Shown here piece after piece: positions 20,166-28,900 of a DNA stretch of 64,000 nt. Under the pieces are notes generated by a model. It was not told the DNA's origin. It did not search any database and worked only from the letters and a program-made list of their open reading frames with translations. Made by a program: the position numbers and the translations under genes. Numbering within the stretch: the stretch's first letter is position 1; every line of letters starts with the position of its first letter. The DNA comes from a virus (lineage: Duplodnaviria; Caudoviricetes), in the IMG/VR virus record IMGVR_UViG_3300030330_005471. The stretch is one strand, 5' to 3'.

Positions 20166-20490
20166 TGAGAACGTTCTTAACGAAACCATCCCTACTGATC
20201 CGGGCTTAGAAAGTATGCCTAGATCTTTTTGGACTGCTATGAGCGATCACACAGATAAGTGGCTAAAACAAAGTGGGCAAAAGTTAGCAACAGATAATCA
20301 ATTTTGGATATATTTTAACAACTTAAGAGGAAAACTTAAAGCAGTCATTGCAGATGATTCCGAAGTAAACATCAAAAATGCAAACACTGCTATGATTCCA
20401 TTGAGTACTTATTACCCAGAAGTTGCTCAAGAATTTATTTCAGGCGCCGAACAAACAAACAGTGGGCTTACATTTGGGAAAAATCCATAA
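20119..20490 (+). CDS. hypothetical protein with MKITNEQLRQIIKEELE leader
   Basis: AGGAG RBS; first 17 aa identical to next gene, remainder unrelated. Confidence 0.7.
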   Translation: MKITNEQLRQIIKEELENVLNETIPTDPGLESMPRSFWTAMSDHTDKWLKQSGQKLATDNQFWIYFNNLRGKLKAVIADDSEVNIKNANTAMIPLSTYYPEVAQEFISGAEQTNSGLTFGKNP

Positions 20491-20499
20491 AGAGGAAAT

Positions 20500-20551
20500 C
20501 TATAATGAAAATTACAAACGAACAATTAAGACAAATTATAAAAGAAGAACT
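20500..20551 (+). repeat. 52-bp exact direct repeat, copy 2
   Basis: Identical to 20114-20165. Confidence 0.95.
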
Positions 20552-21023
20552 CGAAGCGGTGATGAACGAATCTCCACTTCAATGGGTTTTAAACCAGAAA
20601 AGAAAACAAAATATGCAAAAAATGCCACCAGCACCAGAGGAAATAAGTGAGCCTTCTGGAAGAGACACTGGTGATTCTGAGTGGAGATCACAATATCTAG
20701 ATAAACAAGCTGATATGGAATACTCTCGACGTTCAGCCGCACTTCCTAAAGAAGTGTATGATATTTTAAAACCACAAGGTCTAAACGTACAACTTCAGAA
20801 TGGTGAACTTGTAGCAAAAGTTCTAGACCCAGACAGGCCCGGAAAGAAATTTATGATGCGCATACAACTTGACCCAAGATCGTCAGTTGAACAAAATGCT
20901 CAAGATGCTGTTGAACAAATTAGGCAAACAGATCCTAAAGCAACTAACCTTAGACAAGGTAAAAAAGCTGCAACTATTGATATTGCCGATCCGTTCATGG
21001 AAGGCAAAAGGAGAAAACAATGA
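20505..21023 (+). CDS. hypothetical protein with MKITNEQLRQIIKEELE leader
   Basis: GAGG RBS; shared leader. Confidence 0.7.
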   Translation: MKITNEQLRQIIKEELEAVMNESPLQWVLNQKRKQNMQKMPPAPEEISEPSGRDTGDSEWRSQYLDKQADMEYSRRSAALPKEVYDILKPQGLNVQLQNGELVAKVLDPDRPGKKFMMRIQLDPRSSVEQNAQDAVEQIRQTDPKATNLRQGKKAATIDIADPFMEGKRRKQ

Positions 21024-21070
21024 TTAAGTGGATGCTACAACCTGTTCGTCGCTGCTGCTCAGGTAGCTGA
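21020..21070 (+). CDS. 16-aa micropeptide MIKWMLQPVRRCCSGS
   Basis: AGGAGA RBS, ATG overlapping previous stop; below the ORF-track size cutoff. Confidence 0.5.
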   Translation: MIKWMLQPVRRCCSGS

Positions 21071-21106
21071 CTCAAGCGGGTGGTGCCCGTTTATTTGGAG
21101 AAAAAA

Positions 21107-21739
21107 ATGAGTAAACAATTATTAACAGAGTTTTTCGAATTATGTCCCAATGGACGCTGTCTTGATCTTTTAAGCGAGAGGCAAAAACAAGAGGTTATAA
21201 AAGAAGGTGCTGTTTATCTTACTGGTCGTATTCAAACGGCTGGAAAAAAGAACGGAAATGGACGAGTCTATCCAAAGAAAGTTCTGGAAAAGGAAATTAG
21301 AAATTATCAAAAAGTTGTCAAAGACAACAGAGCAACAGGAGAATTAGATCATCCTGATGATTCTGTCATTAATCTTAAGAATGTATCGCACTTGGTTGTT
21401 GAATGTTGGTGGCAAGGAAACGATGTAATGGGCAAAATAAAAGTTCTTGATACACCATCTGGTCGTATTCTAAAGGACCTTATAAATGCTGGTGTTAAGT
21501 TGGGAATCTCGTCCCGAGGATTAGGCTCGGTTAACGAAGATATAAATGGAAACTCCGTCGTAGGAGAAGACTTTCAACTTATTTGTTTTGATATTGTGTC
21601 AGAACCTTCAACTCCTGATGCTTATGTTTACCCAAATGAGAAGTCACACTCTATGAGTTCTGATATGTTTAAGGTTAAGATGAGAGAAAATAAAGAAAAC
21701 CAAATAGATAATCTATTTAGTAAGATATTGAGGGATTAA
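21107..21739 (+). CDS. prohead protease (gp21-like)
   Basis: NGNGRVYP, GELDHP, VSH, KLGISSRGLGS, FDIVSEPS motifs; ATG after GGAG. Confidence 0.93.
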   Translation: MSKQLLTEFFELCPNGRCLDLLSERQKQEVIKEGAVYLTGRIQTAGKKNGNGRVYPKKVLEKEIRNYQKVVKDNRATGELDHPDDSVINLKNVSHLVVECWWQGNDVMGKIKVLDTPSGRILKDLINAGVKLGISSRGLGSVNEDINGNSVVGEDFQLICFDIVSEPSTPDAYVYPNEKSHSMSSDMFKVKMRENKENQIDNLFSKILRD

Positions 21740-22153
21740 ATGAATAAAAACGAATTAAAGAAAATGCTTAAACCGTTGATAAAAGAGTGCATCAAAGAAG
21801 TCATATTCGAAGAAGGCACTCTTTCTTCAATCGTATCAGAAGTGGCACAAGGTTTAGGGCAACAAACGCTTGTCGAGTCCAAGCAAAAGTTTCCAACAAA
21901 GCAAAAACCACAATACGAGACAGACGAACAAGCAAAAATAAGACTTGATGAGCAAAGAAAAAAGATGATGGATGCAATTGGCGGAGACGCTTATAATGGC
22001 GTAAACCTTTTTGAAGGAACTACTCCGGCTCCAACACCACAACAACAAGGTCAAGGACCTCTAGATGGTGTTGCCCCAAATGATCCCGGAGTTGATATCT
22101 CTTCTGTTATGGGAAAATCATCAGCAATCTGGTCAAAAATGGTAGGTAAATAA
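21740..22153 (+). CDS. hypothetical head-module protein
   Basis: N-terminal MNKNELKKMLKPLIKECIKEVIFEE; CTATTTA motif at 21713. Confidence 0.65.
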   Translation: MNKNELKKMLKPLIKECIKEVIFEEGTLSSIVSEVAQGLGQQTLVESKQKFPTKQKPQYETDEQAKIRLDEQRKKMMDAIGGDAYNGVNLFEGTTPAPTPQQQGQGPLDGVAPNDPGVDISSVMGKSSAIWSKMVGK

Positions 22154-22359
22154 TGGGTATTAACTATTCAGTCAAGGTCCGAAGAAAGGACAATATTGAG
22201 CGTGTCATAAAGCGTTTTATAAAAAAATGTAAAAAGCTCGGAATCATTGACGAAGTAAAAGATAGAAGACATTACACTAAACCCTCGGAGAAAAGGCGAC
22301 GTGCAAAAGAACGTGCAATTCGAAGACGCAAGAAAGAAGAGAGAAAACGTAGAAAATAA
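22153..22359 (+). CDS. rpsU: ribosomal protein bS21
   Basis: 68 aa, basic; V.V...NIE..IKRF.KKC...GI..E...RRHY.KPSEKRR signature. Confidence 0.9.
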   Translation: MGINYSVKVRRKDNIERVIKRFIKKCKKLGIIDEVKDRRHYTKPSEKRRRAKERAIRRRKKEERKRRK

Positions 22360-22388
22360 ACTATTTATTTAGGAAATTAGGATAAAAT

Positions 22389-22742
22389 ATGGCAAATAAT
22401 GTATATGGCGTAGGATTGAGAAATGTCGGCTCTTATCAAGTCGCAGGCTCTCCTTATCTTACAGCTTCCAATATAAACGATGAAGAGAAGATTTTTACCT
22501 TTCCTTATGTGACCAAAAGAATAATGGTTCATAACACAGGATCGGCAGATCTTTATTTATATTTTTCTGATTCTTCTGTGAACAAGTTGATTGTGCCAAC
22601 GACAAAAAAACTTGATATGGACGTCAAGTGCACTTCAATTTATGTTTCATCTTCAGCAGCAACAGGCATGCAGATGTTTGCTGAAGTTACGAATATTCCA
22701 ATTGGAAGAATGTATTCGTTTGATGGTTTGGAGGGTGTATAA
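22389..22742 (+). CDS. small virion protein, paralog 1
   Basis: MANNVYGxGLxNVGSYQV...TNIP..RM family; CTATTTA upstream. Confidence 0.6.
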   Translation: MANNVYGVGLRNVGSYQVAGSPYLTASNINDEEKIFTFPYVTKRIMVHNTGSADLYLYFSDSSVNKLIVPTTKKLDMDVKCTSIYVSSSAATGMQMFAEVTNIPIGRMYSFDGLEGV

Positions 22743-23110
22743 TGGCTAATAATGTTTATGGAGTTGGCTTATATAATGTAGGGTCTTACCAAGTTGCTGG
22801 TCGACCTTATTGTGCAACAGGGTCAACGGCTGCTTCGAGAACAGATATAACATTTCCGGAAGTCACAAAGCAAGTTGTAGTTATGAACAGACATGCAACT
22901 CAAGACTTAGATGTTTTCTTTCATACAGCTTCAGCAGCAGCAAACAGGTTTACTATCTCTGCTGGAGAACAACAAACATTCAATGTAAAATGTAAGGAAG
23001 TGTTTCTCACAGGCTCAGCCACAGGAACAACTTACACGCTTTACGCTTCGTTAACACACATTCCAGCTAGTCGCATGTTTAACCTAACTGGTAGTGGCGT
23101 AACGGAGTAA
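22742..23110 (+). CDS. small virion protein, paralog 2
   Basis: Same N- and C-terminal motifs as paralog 1. Confidence 0.6.
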   Translation: MANNVYGVGLYNVGSYQVAGRPYCATGSTAASRTDITFPEVTKQVVVMNRHATQDLDVFFHTASAAANRFTISAGEQQTFNVKCKEVFLTGSATGTTYTLYASLTHIPASRMFNLTGSGVTE

Positions 23111-23112
23111 CA

Positions 23113-25956
23113 ATGGCGAATAATGTATATGGTAGTGGATTAAGAAATGTTGGGTCTTATCAGGTATCTGGTAAACCTTACGTTACTGGTTCCACGGTTT
23201 CTGATGGTACAGAACAAAAGATTGAATTTTCCGAAGTTACAAATAACGTGACGATTAAATATGATTCAACACGTTCTGGTCTTTATAAATCTTTATATTT
23301 TTCAGGATCTCACTTGGCTGTTACTGGATCGTTAGCTCTTGATGGATCAGATTTGCATCCAACTAGTTCAGTTAGTTTTACTTGGTGGGGAAAACCTGCT
23401 CCGAAAGGTGGTAGTGGCGTCGATATGACATTGATGGGTTTTGGAAATAGTTGGAATGGAAATGATAATACCTTAACTCAAGATAAAAATAATGCCAATG
23501 TACATTGGATAAATGCTCTTGGAGATAAACATACTTTTAATGATGGCCTGCTCCCATCAGGATATTCAAACTTTGATTCTGAAGGTTTTGCCAACGACTG
23601 GTTTCACTACGCTCTTACTTTAGAATCAAGTAACGACGGAGATACATTGACTGCTGCTTTCTATAGAAACGGTCAAGCTCTGGCTGGAACAAACGAAACC
23701 AGAAATGGTACCAACGTTGTCAATCACAATGATGCTGGGGCTTCCGACCCGATCTATAGATCTTTTCATATAGGTGGTTTTAACCCAGAAGTTTATCATT
23801 ATTTTGCAGATGTGATTTTGTGGGATGGAGCTTTAAGCCCCACACAAGTTGATTCTCTTTATCAAGCCAGTGCTTCCTATAGCAGCAGTGGCCACAATCC
23901 AGATGGTTTGCAAAAAGTTTGTTGGCTTAAGCCGACTGGTAGTGTACAGGAAATAGAACTAGATGATGGACATGGGCCAGTTATTCCCTTTTTTAAAAAT
24001 TTTGGAATATCTTCTGATCTTTTTTTAATAAGGATGGGAGGTTCTGATAGCTATGAAGGAGGAACGAACACTGATGATGGCTCCGACTGGCAGAAAATTG
24101 TTGGAGATAGCCCGTTTGAGCAAGGGCTAGAGACCACATCATTATTAATCTCTTCATCAGTTGGATACATATCTGAAAATAGTCATGGAATGACCGATGG
24201 GCAAAACTTTACAATAACAGCATGGTATAAGCCTTATGCATCTGGTTCTTCCCCTTCGGCCGAAGATCTTAACGATTTTATTTTCGGGTTTGCTAATAGT
24301 TTACCTGCTCACACGGCCCCAAATTCTACAAGGCCAGCGCTTGTTCTAGCTCGAGCATTCACTTCAGGTCAGACAAATTTCAATCTAATAGATGATAGCG
24401 AAGGTGCGAGATGCCTATACACAAGTCAAAATATTATGTTGGAAGATCAATGGAATCATATAGCCCTGATTGTTTCTAGTTCAAACAGTTCAGATTATAC
24501 AGTAAGTTATCTTATTAACAATACAGGCGCAACCTCTTCTCCTGCTACGGTAGCAGCTGGTGAGACTCATGATTTGGTAAACTATAATAAGTTTTTTATT
24601 GGTGGCTATAATTCTTCTAGTGACCGTCACGAGGAAGCTCGGTTTAGAGATGTTATTGTTTGGAATGATGCCTTAACCACAACACAGGTGGAAAATATTG
24701 CCTCTGCGTATGGTGATTATACCAATGCAGCTTTTGAGCCCATAATAGACGGAGATGTTGTTGAGAAAAAATTCTGGTTGGCTCCTTCTGTAAATCCAAC
24801 TCCATCACCGCATAGTCTTGTTAATTATGGCACGGTTGGTGGAAATTTTATAAGACAGGGTCAAAGGACTCCAGATGTTGTTAACATCGTAGATGATTCT
24901 CCCTATACATCAACAAAACAGAAAGTACATAATAATAGCTTGAGAATTAGTGGGAGCGCATTTTTGTCCAGTTCGACTGATGTTTTTACTGGGACTGGTG
25001 CTGGAGAATCTTATTCTGTTTCCATGTGGGTAAAGTATCCCGTAGCTGCTTCTGTTACTGATGATGGAACAGCGGCTTATGATAACAATTTATTGTGGGC
25101 CATCGCCAATAGCAATGCCAGATCTATGGTTCGAGAAAAACAGAATCACTTGTCCTTTATTGCAACGGTTGGAGCATCTGGGGCATCAGTTGTGAGTATA
25201 CCAGACTTTTTTGAAAATTATCCCGGTCAATGGAATTTTCTAACTTTTGTTGCGAAAGATGTTGGCAGTGGTACCACAACAGAAACAACAGTTTCGTTAA
25301 ATGGTGTTATAATAGATACAGACTCAACCAGTGGCGAATTAAGAAAACAATTTCCAAATAATGCTACTGCTACTCGTAAGTTTTATGTTGCCGGAACTCC
25401 GGGCAAAGAAGAGACTCCAAATGAGCAAGTGTATGTAAGAGATGTTATCATGTGGGATGGAGCATTGTCACCAACAGATATCACAACTCTTTACAATGGT
25501 GGAAACTATTATGATTTTAATAGTTTTACAACTTACGACAAACTAGTCTGGATAAAGCCGGTTGATCCATCTGGTACAAGCTATAACGGCTCATCAACAA
25601 TAATAAATTCAGGAACTACTGGTGGTAATTTTGAAGTTGTTGACTATGATGAAGCATCAACAATTGTGGAAACATCTGCACAGGATGTAGAAAGACTTTT
25701 CATAACTAGTCCTAGGAAATCTGGAGTTGGAAATCTCAGAATACACTTTAGGTCAACTGGTTCAAGCAATGTTGCAACAAACAAACATTATTGGAGTTTA
25801 TCAAACAAAGATGAAAAGCTTGAGATGAATGTGAAAACAAAAGAGATATACCTTTCAGCGGACAGCGGACATTGTGATTTCTCCATTCAAGCCGACTTGA
25901 CAAACATACCTTCATCTAGAATGTATGAACATACAGGATCAGGGGTGGATGAATAA
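23113..25956 (+). CDS. paralog 3 with about three inserted LamG/ConA-like lectin domains
   Basis: Paralog termini flank three repeats with W.H..L, F.IGG and DVI.W..AL motifs. Confidence 0.65.
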   Translation: MANNVYGSGLRNVGSYQVSGKPYVTGSTVSDGTEQKIEFSEVTNNVTIKYDSTRSGLYKSLYFSGSHLAVTGSLALDGSDLHPTSSVSFTWWGKPAPKGGSGVDMTLMGFGNSWNGNDNTLTQDKNNANVHWINALGDKHTFNDGLLPSGYSNFDSEGFANDWFHYALTLESSNDGDTLTAAFYRNGQALAGTNETRNGTNVVNHNDAGASDPIYRSFHIGGFNPEVYHYFADVILWDGALSPTQVDSLYQASASYSSSGHNPDGLQKVCWLKPTGSVQEIELDDGHGPVIPFFKNFGISSDLFLIRMGGSDSYEGGTNTDDGSDWQKIVGDSPFEQGLETTSLLISSSVGYISENSHGMTDGQNFTITAWYKPYASGSSPSAEDLNDFIFGFANSLPAHTAPNSTRPALVLARAFTSGQTNFNLIDDSEGARCLYTSQNIMLEDQWNHIALIVSSSNSSDYTVSYLINNTGATSSPATVAAGETHDLVNYNKFFIGGYNSSSDRHEEARFRDVIVWNDALTTTQVENIASAYGDYTNAAFEPIIDGDVVEKKFWLAPSVNPTPSPHSLVNYGTVGGNFIRQGQRTPDVVNIVDDSPYTSTKQKVHNNSLRISGSAFLSSSTDVFTGTGAGESYSVSMWVKYPVAASVTDDGTAAYDNNLLWAIANSNARSMVREKQNHLSFIATVGASGASVVSIPDFFENYPGQWNFLTFVAKDVGSGTTTETTVSLNGVIIDTDSTSGELRKQFPNNATATRKFYVAGTPGKEETPNEQVYVRDVIMWDGALSPTDITTLYNGGNYYDFNSFTTYDKLVWIKPVDPSGTSYNGSSTIINSGTTGGNFEVVDYDEASTIVETSAQDVERLFITSPRKSGVGNLRIHFRSTGSSNVATNKHYWSLSNKDEKLEMNVKTKEIYLSADSGHCDFSIQADLTNIPSSRMYEHTGSGVDE

Positions 25957-28900
25957 TGGGAGAATTTGGCTGGGCATATGTAAGCGGTTCACAGATACCG
26001 GATGGTAAAGAAGGGTCTTTACAGTATAAGAAAGGAAATGAGATATCAGGTTCAGTTGAACTATCTTTTGATTATAGTACAAACGAACTCAACCTTTCCG
26101 GAAACTTAAACGTATCGGGAGCAGTTAATGCAAACGAACTAAACTTAAATGTTACAAATAAGACCGTAACAAATATCTCAATGACAGGGTCAACCAAGTT
26201 TGGAGATACAACCGATGACCAGCACAAATTCATCGGAACAACAATATTGACAGGAGCAGCGGACTCGGCACTTGTATACCGAGTAACCTCTAGTGCATGG
26301 CAATACCTAGGAACCGGTATTTCCGGAGAAGTAGATCATCATAGTGAAGTTCCAGAGCCAACAGAGTCAGAGGGTTACTTTTATCTAACATCTTCTAATC
26401 CGATGCACAGAGGTATCCTTAATTACACATGGGATACCGGCAATGGAACAAGTGGAAGTATAGCAGATCTTGCAGAATTTGTAAAAGATGTAAACCCAAC
26501 ATTGGTTGTGTCTGGTACTGCAATATTCAAAGACCCCATATCTGTACAAGGTGGTCTGTTTGGTGCATCACCTATTGATATCTATGCTCCACTAGTGTTT
26601 CAGCGAGACGACTTGACAGAAGCTACTCCTGATGATATGATGAGAATCGAACAAGGGAAATTTGTTGGTAATGTTATCATAACATCCTCAAACGACAATC
26701 ATGGTTTATGGATGGATGGTGCTGGTTATATCGTGATGAACTCTAACCAAAATCTTACACCTGATGAACGTGCTCCTGAAATTGTTCTGAACAATAGAAC
26801 AGGAGATCAAGGTTCATACCCAATGATGTCACAAAGAGTAATGCAAGCGGTTCCGGTTGCTGAAAATCCAATGTTCTTAAAGAGAAGAGGCGGCGGGTAT
26901 AATCTTGGAGAGATCAGGTGGGGAACCGAATTCCCAGTACTAACTGGTTCTAATAGCAGTTCTGCTGATCAATATCAACGATACGATTATGATATCGTAA
27001 GGATATTAGCAGCTACCTCACCTAGAAGAAATGCGAATACTGTTACGATTCAAACTCTTGATATGAATATAGACCCAACATATATGGATGACTGGGCAAA
27101 CGACAGAGATGAGATTTACGAATCTGGTAGTATAAAACCAATTATACACTCAACAAGTCCTCATTATGATGCATCAAATCGAAATGATAAATTTTCTCTA
27201 AATAATCTTGTAACATTTGGTGGGTTTGCAAATCCGGGTCAAGAAAACGAATACGGTATGAAAAGGGGTATGCATATTTATGGAAACATATATCCTGCAG
27301 GTTGGCCAAAGGGAGAAGATTCCGGCTTTCCGGAAGATCTAAAAGGCAAACATTGCACACTTGGTCACCCTGTCACTCGTTGGGGAGACATGTTTATTCA
27401 CGATGATCGATATATAAAATGGGGTACCCAAGCTTTCTCTGGTTCTGATCCGGGCTTTTACAAAGGTTATTATTTGGATAACCCAACAACAGCCTCAGCG
27501 AGAAACCAATTTAATAGTGTTATATTAGGTTATAATTCTGCATCGGCATTCTTAGAAGTAACCGGAGCAACCTTTTATTTAGATGACGGCTTGAACGTAA
27601 CTGGTTCTGGGTATATAAACTTTGGAACAACCAAAGGGACATCAGGTTACGGCTTTAGAGATAACGCTGGGACACTTGAATTCAAAAATAGCGGAGGGTC
27701 TTGGACTGAATTTGGAACTGGTACTGGTGACTCAACTATCGGAGAACCGGAAGACGGAGTTTATTCTGATGGTTTGTTTGAAGATTTAACTTCTTCAATG
27801 GCTGTTGGTATTCCAATCGATAGATACAATGAAGTTCTCAAGATTCTTGCACCAAGTCCAGCTCCAGCATTGAGCAGAATAGATTACACCAATCCTGTTG
27901 GTTCAAGTGCGAAACTGTCTTTTGATGCTAGTAACCAAATAACAGATTACGCAAACTCTTCAACCAACGCAGGCTTTAGTGCTGTGGCGGAAGATGGCTT
28001 ATATGAGTCTGCAACTAGTGGAAACAATCAAAGGCTTGGAATTTACGACGGTACTCAAGATATCCTAGGGGTTCTAAACTTCAATGTCGTGGCTTCAGTT
28101 ACAAATGGTCAAGTAGCATACTCAGCAGATTCTTTTGGAAATGCCGAGACTGGTTCTTTGAAGTTAGAACTAAATGGAGCTGTTGTACATACAGTTAATT
28201 TAGCTTCTCATGGTTCCGGAAATAGTTATCTTAATACTACTGGTTCTGGCTTTACAAGTTTATCTGTTACATCATCGACTTTAGATGGCAATGGTGCTGA
28301 GTGGTATATATTCAAATACCGAACGGGTCAATATAAAATTGACACACTTGATCAAAGAGCTGGTTGGAATTACGCGAGAATTGTACATACTGTTGGTGCA
28401 ACCAACTATGCTACAAATTATGTTGAATGGATGAACGACCCAGATGGTTCAGCTTTGGCACTATCAGTCACAAACCCAAGAATTGAAGAAGTAAACCTTA
28501 TTGGTTCTAAATACGTCTCTGGTGTGCAATACAATACTGATCTTACAGCGAAATACAAAGTCGACATAAACAATATGTACAGAAACGTATATCCGGATGG
28601 CAATGTTATAACATTCAATAGAACAAATGCAGATGCCATAACCGCTCAGGATTTAGATCCTATAGGAGCATCAGAGGATGAAACTAAAAAAGTACAAGTA
28701 ACGGCAAGCGTTAACAACAATCAAAACAAACTATTAAACGGTACCATTACTGTTTCTATCAACGCTACACATCCATTAAAAGCAAATCTATCATCAGCTG
28801 GAACTGCAACATTAACTGGTATGTTAATCGACAATGATACCAGTGGACCCAATTCAAATACTACTGAAACATTTATTGATGAAGACTTTAGAATCAAATC

